Of a stretch of DNA of 64,000 nt, positions 52,653 through 63,400 are shown in pieces. Under the pieces are notes generated by a model, which was not told where the DNA came from, made no database searches, and saw nothing but the letters and a program-made list of their open reading frames with translations. A program made the translations under genes and the position numbers. The stretch's first letter is position 1. Each line of letters starts with the position of its first letter. Source of the stretch: Spirochaetes bacterium GWE1_32_154 (GTDB lineage Bacteria; Spirochaetota; GWE2-31-10); assembly GCA_001829315.1 (NCBI GenBank), contig MIAY01000014.1, positions 60,801-124,800 on the forward strand, in the 5' to 3' direction.

Positions 52653-54067
52653 AATTTTTTTTCAATTATTGAATAAAACTCTTCATTTTTAAAAGGTTTC
52701 AAAATAAGTCCAACTCCATACTGCTTAATTAATGTATCAACAATATTTTCATTGGATGTTCCGGTTAACATTATCACGGGCATATCTTTTTTCTTTTCAA
52801 TAATCTTAAAATATAACTCATCTCCGCGTACCCCTGGCATCATTATATCAAGAAGTACCAGATCAATATTCTGATTATCCAGTATATCTAATGCCTCCGT
52901 ATGATCTTTCGCAGAAAATGTGGTATACCCTTTTACTTTTAATAACAATGAAGCTAAATTCCTGATAGATTGTTTATCATCAATAATAAGTATTGTAGCA
53001 TGAAGAGGTTCACTTTGTTCATCATTTACAGGTGTTTCAATATCATGAAGATCAACAAATTTATTTGGTATAATAAATGTGAATACACTTCCCTTTTTAT
53101 GCTTTGTTTCAACTTCGATTCTTCCACCCATATTTTTTATGATACCGTCAGAAACGGCAAGCCCTAAACCTGAATGATATTTCAAATTTTTTGTAGTGAA
53201 ATTTTTTTGAAAGATTCGGGATTTGAATTCATCAGGGATTCCAAGACCATCATCTTCAATTTTTATATAAATAGCATCTTTATCCATAGTAGTATATATC
53301 CCTATTCTACCGGTTGATAATTTACTTTCGATTGCTTCTTTTGCATTCATAATTGCATTTATTATTAATTGATTTACCTGATTTTCATCCCAGAAAATTA
53401 ATGGCTCACCGGGATATAATGAAAGATCTATTCTAATTTTAGCCGGGAAAACTTTTCTTAAAATATCAACATTTTGAGTAATAATTTTATTAATATTAAT
53501 ATATTTTTGTCTAAAATAATCAATGCCGGTATACGTCAATAACTGATTAGTTAAACTAGCTGCATGAACTGCTGCATTTTCTATGATATTAAAATATTTA
53601 AATAAATCACTCTCAGGATTTAAAGCTGTTTTTGCAAATGATGCAAAACCAAGTATAGCTGTTAATTGATTATTGTATTCAATCGAAATCAAATCAGTAA
53701 TATTTTTATAAATTTCAATTCTGTTTTTAAAATAAATCTTTGATAAAAAAGGATCCAGGGCTGTGCAATCAAATGCTGTAATAATAAATTCATTATCATC
53801 AAGCTTACTCACAATAAGTTTTACACATTTTCTTATAGTATCGTCGTTTGCTAATTCGAAAACTTCCTCATAGGTAACAGCTGATTCATACTCATTAATA
53901 ATTGAGTCTAAAAACAAATCTATTTTATTTGAATATAAATTAAAACCATCTTTTACAAATTGGTCATAACTAAAACCCATAATTACAAAAAAAAGATTAT
54001 TTGACTCAATAATCTTCTTTTCTTTATCAACGATTAATATGCCATAATTAAGTTTTTCAATATCCAT
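52634..54067 (-). CDS. Hybrid sensor histidine kinase/response regulator (PAS-like N-terminus, HisKA, HATPase, C-terminal receiver domain)
   Basis: 477 aa; HATPase G-box GLGLAVSDG, C-terminal REC domain (ILIIDD...DLVLLDIMMPG); no TM segments, so cytoplasmic. Confidence 0.75.
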   Translation of the reverse strand: MDIEKLNYGILIVDKEKKIIESNNLFFVIMGFSYDQFVKDGFNLYSNKIDLFLDSIINEYESAVTYEEVFELANDDTIRKCVKLIVSKLDDNEFIITAFDCTALDPFLSKIYFKNRIEIYKNITDLISIEYNNQLTAILGFASFAKTALNPESDLFKYFNIIENAAVHAASLTNQLLTYTGIDYFRQKYININKIITQNVDILRKVFPAKIRIDLSLYPGEPLIFWDENQVNQLIINAIMNAKEAIESKLSTGRIGIYTTMDKDAIYIKIEDDGLGIPDEFKSRIFQKNFTTKNLKYHSGLGLAVSDGIIKNMGGRIEVETKHKKGSVFTFIIPNKFVDLHDIETPVNDEQSEPLHATILIIDDKQSIRNLASLLLKVKGYTTFSAKDHTEALDILDNQNIDLVLLDIMMPGVRGDELYFKIIEKKKDMPVIMLTGTSNENIVDTLIKQYGVGLILKPFKNEEFYSIIEKKLWTGKQ

Positions 54068-54070
54068 TTG

Positions 54071-56515
54071 TTATTCCAAATAAAATAAATCTTTAAGTTC
54101 ATTATGCGTTTGCATAATCATCTTTATTTTAATTATAGTTATTTCTTTATTTAATAAAACACTTTTTACAATATTTATTAATTTTGGCCCCGGATTAATA
54201 CGATTTATTGTAAGAGAGATTGAATTATTGCTATCAACTTCAAAAAAAACAAATTGTTTCAAGTCGAAAGTGATTTCTTTCTCAATAAGTTTAAATTCAC
54301 TAGCTGTATTATACAAATTAATATAATTAATACTATCAGTAACATCCGCGTTATTACATTCTATCCGATACACTGTAGAATATAAATTATCATAAAGCGA
54401 TGATTTTTTGGTACTCTCGCATCTTCGAATTCTATTTATTACGATATCATTATTTGTAATACTATTAAATTTAGTTAATAATATTTCATCAGGGTAAAAT
54501 GTTGTCGTATACAATTCAAGCAATTCACACATCGATTCAAGACCAAGTGACATTGCACTGGAAAACTGAAATCGCGGATGAGGGTTAAACCCTTCGCTTA
54601 ACATAATATCAATACCTAAAATCCTCGATAAAGTCTCAAAATATCTCATTAAATCTTTATGTGAAATATATTTAGAAAGACCTTTCTTTGTGAATTCTAC
54701 AATATATCTGTATCTTCCTTTTTCAATAGATTTACATTCTTCAACAGAATCTGTTTTGAGAACATAGTTGTTTGTACTATTTTTTTTTAATACTTCACTG
54801 TTACATATTGAACAATCAGATTCGCATTCATCTTTACACAAAGAAGTGAGAGTGTGTTGTATTGATTTTTCTCTTTCATTAATTAAATATTCTTCATTTA
54901 ATAAAGAGTCAACCATATTCCATGGTTTTTTTGTATAATTCCCCGTTAAATACGTATCATAAATAATTGATTTTTTTTCAAATTCATTTAAATACAATGA
55001 AAAATTAAATTTATCATTCCAACCGTCAAAGCGTGCCCCTTGTAAAAAAGCAGCTTCAATACCATACCCGACACTCTCATCACCCCTGGCAATAAATCCT
55101 TCAATGTACGACATTTCAGGCGGATGATATTTAACATTTACCCTGGTTTTCTTATAATAATTTTTGATATACATTAACTTTTCTTTTGACTCGGGATAAT
55201 CTAATTGTTTAACAAGCTCATACGGTGTATGCGGCTTAGGAACAAATGTTGAGACATTAAGATTTATTGTCAGACCTTTAAATTTTTTTAGAACATTATC
55301 TACAAATGAGATAATATGAGCTACATCATCATTATCATCCGGTAATCCCACCATAAAATAAAATTTAACAAGACGCCAGCCCTTTTTAATAGCATATTCA
55401 ATAATTGAATATATTTTCTCAATATCAACCATTTTATTAATTGACAACTGACCTTCATTACTACCTGATTCAATGGCGAACGTTAAACCTGACTTTCTAA
55501 TTAATGATATTTTATCAAGAATATCAATATCAAATGATTCAACCTTTAAAGACGGTAATGAAACAGAAATACCTTTTTTTGAATATAAATCATTAAAGTA
55601 ATCACATAATTCGACAATATAAGTATAATCTCCACTTGATAAACTTGCAAATGTTACTTCATTGACACCGGTTAATCGTAAACCTTTTTCGATAGAATCC
55701 ATAATTGTCTGAGTATTTTTTTCACGATACGGTTTATATAAAACGCCGGCCTGACAAAATCTGCATTTATTAGGACAACCACGCATTATTTCTACAACAA
55801 GCTTATTCTGAACTATATCAATCGATGGAATAATCGAAATATCTACACCTTTATCATTTTCAAAGTTGGTATAAACCTGTCTTGTAACTTTATTTTCTGA
55901 ATATTCAGGACTCAAAACTCCTGGAATCTCTGATAAATGCTTAATTTTTTCACTTCTTGATCTATTTAATTTTTTTAATTGATCAATTTTAGAAATAATC
56001 TTCGCAATTACTTCCTCCCCTTCACCAATTACAATTAAATCAACAAATGGGAAATAAGGAACAGGATTTGAAACAGCCGGACCGCCAATTATTATAATCG
56101 GATCACTTTCGATTCTATTTTCACGTCGTAACGGGATTCCCCCCAAATCAATTATATTTAAAAAGTTTGAAAATAATAATTCGTATTGTATTGATATCCC
56201 AACAATATCAAATTGATGTAATGGGGTTTTTGTTTCTAATGAATACAGATCATACTTTTTGTCACGCAGATATTTCTCAAAATCAGGCCACACTGAAAAT
56301 ACACGTTCGCATGAAGCATATTCAATCTTATTAACAATATCATATAATATTTTAATTCCATTATTTGACATTCCAATTTCATAAATATCAGGATATGAAA
56401 TAACCATTCTTACATTTGTATTTGTAAAATCTTTTTTTGGGATGCCGGCTTCATTTCCAATATAGCGTGCCGGCTTCTCAACAAAAATTAAATCTTTCTC
56501 TATTTCGCTAAACAT
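54071..56515 (-). CDS. B12-binding-domain radical SAM protein fused to a C-terminal DUF2344-like (radical-SAM-linked) domain
   Basis: 814 aa; radical SAM CxxxCxxC (CPNKCRFCQAG) after an N-terminal Rossmann-like region; C-terminal about 220 aa resembles the separately encoded radical-SAM-linked protein family; 12 bp downstream of rodA. Confidence 0.65.
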   Translation of the reverse strand: MFSEIEKDLIFVEKPARYIGNEAGIPKKDFTNTNVRMVISYPDIYEIGMSNNGIKILYDIVNKIEYASCERVFSVWPDFEKYLRDKKYDLYSLETKTPLHQFDIVGISIQYELLFSNFLNIIDLGGIPLRRENRIESDPIIIIGGPAVSNPVPYFPFVDLIVIGEGEEVIAKIISKIDQLKKLNRSRSEKIKHLSEIPGVLSPEYSENKVTRQVYTNFENDKGVDISIIPSIDIVQNKLVVEIMRGCPNKCRFCQAGVLYKPYREKNTQTIMDSIEKGLRLTGVNEVTFASLSSGDYTYIVELCDYFNDLYSKKGISVSLPSLKVESFDIDILDKISLIRKSGLTFAIESGSNEGQLSINKMVDIEKIYSIIEYAIKKGWRLVKFYFMVGLPDDNDDVAHIISFVDNVLKKFKGLTINLNVSTFVPKPHTPYELVKQLDYPESKEKLMYIKNYYKKTRVNVKYHPPEMSYIEGFIARGDESVGYGIEAAFLQGARFDGWNDKFNFSLYLNEFEKKSIIYDTYLTGNYTKKPWNMVDSLLNEEYLINEREKSIQHTLTSLCKDECESDCSICNSEVLKKNSTNNYVLKTDSVEECKSIEKGRYRYIVEFTKKGLSKYISHKDLMRYFETLSRILGIDIMLSEGFNPHPRFQFSSAMSLGLESMCELLELYTTTFYPDEILLTKFNSITNNDIVINRIRRCESTKKSSLYDNLYSTVYRIECNNADVTDSINYINLYNTASEFKLIEKEITFDLKQFVFFEVDSNNSISLTINRINPGPKLINIVKSVLLNKEITIIKIKMIMQTHNELKDLFYLE

Positions 56516-56527
56516 TCTAAATCCTAT

Positions 56528-57856
56528 TTAATATTGAAATCTATTTATATGAAAATTTAATAATAATCCCGTAGTTAAAAAACATGATACGATAAATGTT
56601 CCACCATAGGAAATAAATGGTAAAGGAATACCGGTAACAGGCATTATACCAATACACATTCCGATATTTTGAAGAATATGAAATAATAAATAGGATAATA
56701 ATCCGGCAGTTACACATGAAGACCACAAATCCTTACAGTTGATCGCAATATAAAAACCTCGGAAGAAAAATAAACCATACAAAAAAACGATTAAAACGGT
56801 ACCAAGAAAACCAAGTTCTTCTGCAATAACTGGAAAAATGAAATCAGTTGATTGTTCCGGTACAAATAAATTTTGAATCATTTCACCTTTTTGCCAGCCT
56901 TTTCCCGAAAAACCACCATTACCAATGGCCGTCATTGCTTGAATAATATTATATCCACTATTCATAGGATCAGAATATGGATTAAAAAAAATCAATAATC
57001 TGTCTTTCTGATACCCCTTCAAAACAAACTTATTAACCGGATAAGATAATAGTAATCCAAAAAAAGCAATTGAAGCAAAAAAAACAAACCAGTAAAATAA
57101 TAATTTAAATTTATTTGAAATTCCTTTAATAATATCTAAATATGCCAGAATAGATATTGCGATTGTAATAAAAAGAAAAATAAAAACAAGAATAACATAT
57201 TTCATATTAGTCATAAGATAAATAATTTCATTTTCATTTTTAAAAAATAAACTATTAACTGTTGTGATAATTGGTATAAAACCAACGGTAAAAAAAAATA
57301 ATACGGTATACAATAAATATCTTTTTCTAATACCTGCAACAAATGATATAGCAAGAATTATTGGGATAAAAACTAAAGATGACCCTAAATCAGGCTGAAG
57401 CATTATTGCACCTACCGGAATAAATGCAATAAGAGAGCCTTTTAAATAAACAGTCAATGATTTAATATTAACATAATTTGAAGAATAAAATTTTGATAAA
57501 TAAAATGTCACTGCTATTTTCATAAATTCAGCAAACTGAATAGATACGCCAAATAAACTAAATCGCCGTTGACCTTTTACACTTGGAAAAAATAACGTTA
57601 AAAACAAACCAATAAAACAAATAATATAAAAAATCTCAACTGAACTTTTCATTGTCCGCATATTCATAAACAAAACTGAAATTAAAACTGCCAAACCTGC
57701 CAATGCAAAAATTATCTGTTTTAAATACTCTATTTTTAAATGCTCATTTTTATTTATATTCGCTGAATATATAAAAGCTATTCCAACAACACTTAGTATA
57801 ATAGAAGTTAATAATAATGTATAATCAAAATTCACAACTATTTTTCTTAAATTCAT
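56528..57856 (-). CDS. rodA: Rod shape-determining SEDS protein RodA
   Basis: 442 aa; FtsW/RodA/SpoVE family polytopic membrane protein; follows mrdA. Confidence 0.85.
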   Translation of the reverse strand: MNLRKIVVNFDYTLLLTSIILSVVGIAFIYSANINKNEHLKIEYLKQIIFALAGLAVLISVLFMNMRTMKSSVEIFYIICFIGLFLTLFFPSVKGQRRFSLFGVSIQFAEFMKIAVTFYLSKFYSSNYVNIKSLTVYLKGSLIAFIPVGAIMLQPDLGSSLVFIPIILAISFVAGIRKRYLLYTVLFFFTVGFIPIITTVNSLFFKNENEIIYLMTNMKYVILVFIFLFITIAISILAYLDIIKGISNKFKLLFYWFVFFASIAFFGLLLSYPVNKFVLKGYQKDRLLIFFNPYSDPMNSGYNIIQAMTAIGNGGFSGKGWQKGEMIQNLFVPEQSTDFIFPVIAEELGFLGTVLIVFLYGLFFFRGFYIAINCKDLWSSCVTAGLLSYLLFHILQNIGMCIGIMPVTGIPLPFISYGGTFIVSCFLTTGLLLNFHINRFQY

Positions 57857-57954
57857 TTACTATTCCTCATTTAGATACTTAAAATATTTGAGCTGTATGC
57901 AAAATCATTTATACGTGACTATTACTACAATTCGAAGCCTCTTCGATACATAAA

Positions 57955-59820
57955 TTAATTATAACTATCTTTTACTGGATACCACATTCTTTTTGCGGTT
58001 GCAGGAAAATCTTCTTTATGTATCCATGAACTGAAAACCATTGCAGCAACATTACCGGCATATTTTAAAGGTTGTCCATTTTCAAATTCAATTAAAACAG
58101 CAACTACTACTTGTTCCTCAATAGGAATATCAAGTGGTCCAAACCCGACAAATAAAGAATGAGTTTGTTTTTTTTGTCCGACACCAACTTCAGATGTACC
58201 TGTTTTCCCTGCAAATGGTCTTTTTAAATTATAAAATGCCTTATTTGCAGTACCCTGACTTATAACCATACCCATAGCCTGATTTACTACAAAAAAAGTA
58301 TCCTGACTAATATTAACTTTATTTAGAATCTCAGGTTTAATTTCTTTTTTAACATCACCAGTATTTGGATCAATAATTTTCTTTAAAACATGTGGTTTAT
58401 ATGAAACACCCCGGTTAGCAATTACAGATACATAATCAGCTAATTGTAAAACCGTTGTTGTAACATCACCTTGTCCAATAACTGTATTTAATGTATTTCC
58501 AAGATACCATGTTTCACCTTTTTCTTTTAATGCAGTTACAGAAGGTATAAAACCTCTTCGTTCAAAAGGAATATCAACTCCGGTAGAAGCACCTAAACCG
58601 AATAATGATGCATATTCAGTAATCTTTTCTATACCAAAAAGTAAACTTGTATTATAATAATATGTATCACATGAATTTGCCAGTGCTTCAAAAAAATTCT
58701 CATTACCATGATAAGCCCAGCAACCAAAAGTTTGGCTGTTCAATCTAAAACTCTTAGAACAAAAATATGATTTCGTTAATGGAACAACATTTTCTTCTGC
58801 AATAATAAAAGAACTAATCATTTTAAAAGTTGAACCAGGCGGGTACTCAGACTGAATTGTTCTATTAATTAAGGGAGTTCCTTTAGTATCTAATGACATT
58901 TCAATTCGTTTAGTATAATTCTCAGGATTTTGCAGTATGTAAATGTTCGGGTCAAAATTCGGGTAACTAACCATTGCAAGTATTTCTCCGCTTGATGGTT
59001 TCATTACTACTATACCGCCTGCTCTATCAGCTAATATAGCTTCAACATTTTTTTGAAATTGTAAATCAATAGACAATAATAAATCATCTCCCGGTAAAGC
59101 AGCTTCTTTTCTAACAAAATTATTTCTGCTGACATTCATTTTTGCATCAATTTCATAAGCTACAAAACCATCCTTACCACGAAGTTCTTTCTCATAACTA
59201 TTTTCAATGCCGATTTTGCCTATCCAATCCTGTTTTTTATACCCCGAAGCTTGTAATTTTGAAAATTCATTAAAATTAATAGGTCCAATATAGCCAATAA
59301 CGTGACTTGCTAATTGTTGATTCGGATAATCCCGAATAAGAAGCTCTTCCGGCTCAACACCTGGCATTGTATCAATATTTTCAAGGATTTTTATATAATT
59401 AGTAAATGAAACATTTTCGGCGATTGTTAATCGTTCTTTTTTTATTTTTGCAGTTTGAACCATTTTCTCAATATCAGGGTAATCAATATCAGTCATTTCA
59501 GATAAATACAATAATGTTTTTTGCCGTTTAATTTGATCTTTACTTAAATTATTCGGATCAATAATAATATTATAGATTTTTTTATTTGAAGCTAAAATAG
59601 AACCATCATCAGAAAATATCCGTCCCCGAATTGGAGGAATTCGTATTACAACTTCTCTATTTCTTTGAGATCTTTCACTAAAATTGGTATTCTTAACAAT
59701 TTGTAAATATCCTGCACGTAAAACAATAATAACAAGTATAAATGTAGTAAATAGTGCTAAAATAATTAATCTGAATTGAATATCTTTCTCAAAAGAATCA
59801 TTATTACTTGAATTATACAT
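57955..59820 (-). CDS. mrdA: Penicillin-binding protein 2 (peptidoglycan D,D-transpeptidase)
   Basis: 621 aa; N-terminal TM anchor, transpeptidase motifs STFK and KTGT. Confidence 0.9.
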   Translation of the reverse strand: MYNSSNNDSFEKDIQFRLIILALFTTFILVIIVLRAGYLQIVKNTNFSERSQRNREVVIRIPPIRGRIFSDDGSILASNKKIYNIIIDPNNLSKDQIKRQKTLLYLSEMTDIDYPDIEKMVQTAKIKKERLTIAENVSFTNYIKILENIDTMPGVEPEELLIRDYPNQQLASHVIGYIGPINFNEFSKLQASGYKKQDWIGKIGIENSYEKELRGKDGFVAYEIDAKMNVSRNNFVRKEAALPGDDLLLSIDLQFQKNVEAILADRAGGIVVMKPSSGEILAMVSYPNFDPNIYILQNPENYTKRIEMSLDTKGTPLINRTIQSEYPPGSTFKMISSFIIAEENVVPLTKSYFCSKSFRLNSQTFGCWAYHGNENFFEALANSCDTYYYNTSLLFGIEKITEYASLFGLGASTGVDIPFERRGFIPSVTALKEKGETWYLGNTLNTVIGQGDVTTTVLQLADYVSVIANRGVSYKPHVLKKIIDPNTGDVKKEIKPEILNKVNISQDTFFVVNQAMGMVISQGTANKAFYNLKRPFAGKTGTSEVGVGQKKQTHSLFVGFGPLDIPIEEQVVVAVLIEFENGQPLKYAGNVAAMVFSSWIHKEDFPATAKRMWYPVKDSYN

Positions 59821-60322
59821 ATCTTTTTAATTTTTCCATAAATGAATATATATTTTTAAAAATGAAAAATACAGGTATAGAAATTAATATCGTATATATA
59901 AATTCACCCATAAAAATAGTATTAAAATAAACTGCCAATGAATTTGTAGTAAAAAAAATATAAGCTAAAATCATATAAATAAAAGCTTTTATAAGATAAA
60001 AAATAAATATGACTATCGGTGATAATATTACAGACTCAATATGAAATAATTTATGCGGTAAAATCGCAATATATCCGATTAATGTATACATTAATGCATT
60101 TACTCCCAATAGATTTGAACCTGACATAATATCTATTGTTAAACCACCAAAAAAACCAAAAATAATTGAATGATATTTCCCTTCAAATAAACCAATAAAT
60201 GTAACAAAAATTAACAATAAATCAGGTCTTGCACCATACAAACTAATATCCACATATCTTGTATATAATAAACCAACAATAGAAAGAATTAATAGTGCAT
60301 CTATAATTAATTTTCTTATCAA
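59813..60322 (-). CDS. mreD: Rod shape-determining protein MreD
   Basis: 169 aa polytopic membrane protein between mreC and mrdA. Confidence 0.75.
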   Translation of the reverse strand: MIRKLIIDALLILSIVGLLYTRYVDISLYGARPDLLLIFVTFIGLFEGKYHSIIFGFFGGLTIDIMSGSNLLGVNALMYTLIGYIAILPHKLFHIESVILSPIVIFIFYLIKAFIYMILAYIFFTTNSLAVYFNTIFMGEFIYTILISIPVFFIFKNIYSFMEKLKRYV

Positions 60323-61203
60323 AATGGATTCTCCAACAAATTAAAATCATCTTTCTTAAAATTTACAATTAAAACAAGTACAAATTCTATTTTATTGTAG
60401 TTTTCTGTAAGTTTAATAACAGCTTCATTATATATTTCATATTTTTTTGAAGGTAATACCTCAGTCATCACCCCGATTTCAATTCCTTTAGGATAAAAAA
60501 TTGAATCACCGGAAGTATAAACAAGAGATGATTTTGAACCTGGAAAATCATAGTCTTTAGGTAAATAGAGTAATTTAGCATAATCTAAAGATGAATTATC
60601 GCCTTGAACAACACAATGAGTATTTTCATTACCAACAACTACTCCGACATTCATTTCAGGATTATTTAATGTAATTACCTTGGAAGAAAATGGTGTTACA
60701 AGGCTTACTCTCCCAATCAGTGCTTTTCTTCCTTTTTTATAACTGATAACAGGCATATTCTCTATAATTCCTGCATTAGACCCTTTATCAATTATTAAAT
60801 AATCAAAAAAATTATTTGGATCCCTACCGACTATTTGTGCTGCAACAGTTTTATAATCAAGATTATCTTTTAAATCCAGAGTGTTTCTTAAATCAGAATT
60901 TTCTTTAATAATTACATTAAAATCAACCATCATTTTCCGATATAAATCTAATTCATCCCGAAGTCCTTTAACTTCATCCTCAATTTGTTTTATTTGAGAA
61001 ACAGCGTTTACCATATCATTAAATTTATCACCTAATGAATTTATCATAAATTGGAAAGGATATATTATTGACAAACCAATTTTTGAAAATGAAATCAAAC
61101 CTCTTGTATCGCTAAAAATAATAAGAATAAATGAAATAATTACAAAAAAAAGTGTAAGAAGACCTCTTCTTGACCTATAAATTAAACCTTTTATTGCTGA
61201 CAT
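60319..61203 (-). CDS. mreC: Rod shape-determining protein MreC
   Basis: 294 aa; N-terminal TM, coiled-coil, C-terminal beta domain; follows mreB. Confidence 0.8.
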   Translation of the reverse strand: MSAIKGLIYRSRRGLLTLFFVIISFILIIFSDTRGLISFSKIGLSIIYPFQFMINSLGDKFNDMVNAVSQIKQIEDEVKGLRDELDLYRKMMVDFNVIIKENSDLRNTLDLKDNLDYKTVAAQIVGRDPNNFFDYLIIDKGSNAGIIENMPVISYKKGRKALIGRVSLVTPFSSKVITLNNPEMNVGVVVGNENTHCVVQGDNSSLDYAKLLYLPKDYDFPGSKSSLVYTSGDSIFYPKGIEIGVMTEVLPSKKYEIYNEAVIKLTENYNKIEFVLVLIVNFKKDDFNLLENPF

Positions 61204-61204
61204 A

Positions 61205-62215
61205 TTACTTTTTTATCGACTCCAGAAATTTTCCGGCTCCAAGAGCAACGCATAATAAAGGATTCTCTGCAATAATTACCGGTACACCTGTTTGTTGAGA
61301 TAATAATTTTGGTAAACCACTCAATAATGCACCACCGCCGGTTAAAACGATTCCTCGTTCAACTATATCAGCAGCTAATTCCGGAGGTGTCTGATCCAGA
61401 GTCTTTTTGACTTCTTCAATAATTATATTAATTGGCTCCTGTAATGCTTCTCTAATCTCAACTGAATCTACTTCCTGAATTTTTGGCAATCCACTAATTG
61501 CATCCCGTCCTCTAATTTCTATCTTTTTCACTTCACCTTCAGGGTATGCATTACCAATTTTTATTTTTACATCTTCAGCTGTTGACTCTCCAATTATAAG
61601 ATTGTGTACTAATTTTACATGTTTTAAAATTGCTTCATCAAATTCATCACCGCCAATTCTTATGGCATTTGATATTACCATACCACCTAACGAAATAACA
61701 GATATTTCTGTTGTTCCACCACCAATATCGCATATCATATTTCCGGCAGGTTCATGAATAGGAATATTTGCTCCGATTGCAGCTGCCATTGACTCTTCGA
61801 TTAAATAAATTTCTTTAGCACCTGCTTGTTCAGCAGATTCTTTCACAGCACGCCTTTCAACCTCTGTTATACAAGAAGGAATACCTATGACAATTCTTGG
61901 CTTTATACTGAAAAGACTTTTTGGAGAAACCTTTTCTATAAAATATTTTATCATTTTTTCTGTTGTTTCAAAGTCAGCAATAACACCATCCCTTAATGGT
62001 CTGATTGCAATAATATCTCTATGAGTTTTTCCCAGCATTTTTTTAGCTTCCTGACCAACAGCAATTACTTTTTTAGTACCCCGTTCTACAGCAACAACAG
62101 AAGGCTCAGACAAAACGATCCCTCTTCCTCTTACATGAATCAAAGTATTTGCAGTTCCAAGATCTATACCAAGATCTAAAGAAAACATGTCTGAAAATTT
62201 CCCCATATGTATCAC
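61205..62215 (-). CDS. mreB: Rod shape-determining actin homologue MreB
   Basis: 336 aa; actin-fold phosphate-binding motifs ([15 protein letters not shown]); true start likely a few codons downstream of the annotated Met. Confidence 0.95.
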   Translation of the reverse strand: MIHMGKFSDMFSLDLGIDLGTANTLIHVRGRGIVLSEPSVVAVERGTKKVIAVGQEAKKMLGKTHRDIIAIRPLRDGVIADFETTEKMIKYFIEKVSPKSLFSIKPRIVIGIPSCITEVERRAVKESAEQAGAKEIYLIEESMAAAIGANIPIHEPAGNMICDIGGGTTEISVISLGGMVISNAIRIGGDEFDEAILKHVKLVHNLIIGESTAEDVKIKIGNAYPEGEVKKIEIRGRDAISGLPKIQEVDSVEIREALQEPINIIIEEVKKTLDQTPPELAADIVERGIVLTGGGALLSGLPKLLSQQTGVPVIIAENPLLCVALGAGKFLESIKK

Positions 62216-62221
62216 CTCTTT

Positions 62222-63178
62222 TTATAATCTTCTATATGCTTTTATATGACTGGGATTAATACTCAGTGTCTTACGCCACTCAGATCGTGCCCTTATATTG
62301 TCTTTATAATAAATAAAATAAATCTCGCCTCTCAAAAAAAAAGCATCTGCATTGTTTTCATTTAATTCAGTAACTGAATTTAAAGTGAATAATGCTTTTT
62401 CATATTCTTTTTTATTCAATTGTATTTCTGCAAGTGTTATTAAAGCTGTTTCCTTTATTTTATCACTGCTTTTATTTTCCAGTACTTTATTTATATATTT
62501 TTCAGCGTTATTAAAATCACTGCTTCTATAGTAATTTAGGGCAACAGCTATTGAAACAATATCAGAATACTCAATATCTAAAGATCTTTTAAAAACCTTA
62601 TTCGATTCTTCATAATTACTTATATTTGAATAAACCAACCCCAAAACATACAATAAATCAACCCGTTCATTGCCATAGGATAATGATTTTTTTAAATAAT
62701 CAATACTCTGATTGTAATAAGAACGACCATAAAAATAATATATTTTACCGATACAAAAATATACATCAGGTGCAATATTATCAGCCACACCAACAGCTAA
62801 AGATCTTCGTAAATCAATAATCGATAATGAGAAATAAAGTGATCTTTTATTAACATCTTTCTCAGCTTCTCCTAATAAATAATAAGAAAAACCACGGTAA
62901 ATTAAATATTCGACTCTTAAGGAATTATTCTTAAGCTCATTATCCATCTTATCAATGAGTTCCAAGTAATTTTTACTATCATATAACTTTCTATATGATT
63001 CCCGTAACTCAAAACTTATTTTCTGATTTCTTTTATAATTTTTATAGAAATAACCAATAGAAGTTATAAAAAAAACAATAAATAGAAATAAGAATAAAAA
63101 CAGTAAAACTTTATTTACTACATGATTATTATTTCTTCTAACCGTTTTTCCTTGAAAAGATGTATATTTATAACTCAA
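62222..63178 (-). CDS. TPR-repeat membrane-anchored protein (first gene of the mre operon)
   Basis: 318 aa; N-terminal TM helix, TPR-like repeats; 6 bp upstream of mreB. Confidence 0.55.
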   Translation of the reverse strand: MSYKYTSFQGKTVRRNNNHVVNKVLLFLFLFLFIVFFITSIGYFYKNYKRNQKISFELRESYRKLYDSKNYLELIDKMDNELKNNSLRVEYLIYRGFSYYLLGEAEKDVNKRSLYFSLSIIDLRRSLAVGVADNIAPDVYFCIGKIYYFYGRSYYNQSIDYLKKSLSYGNERVDLLYVLGLVYSNISNYEESNKVFKRSLDIEYSDIVSIAVALNYYRSSDFNNAEKYINKVLENKSSDKIKETALITLAEIQLNKKEYEKALFTLNSVTELNENNADAFFLRGEIYFIYYKDNIRARSEWRKTLSINPSHIKAYRRL

Positions 63179-63400
63179 AGTTGGAAATCCTAAAATTTAA
63201 TTATCAGACCTTAAAAACTCTTATAATAAAAAGTATTGTTTGTCAATAGAACGAGTTGCAAATATCAAAAAGTGTCATAAATATTGATAATGGAATCTTT
63301 TACAAAAATCAAGAAAACTTGATAAATAATTCTTTATATAATAACACTTTAATGTATCATTTTTTTTAAATTTTATCTATTGAATAAAAAGATTCTACAT

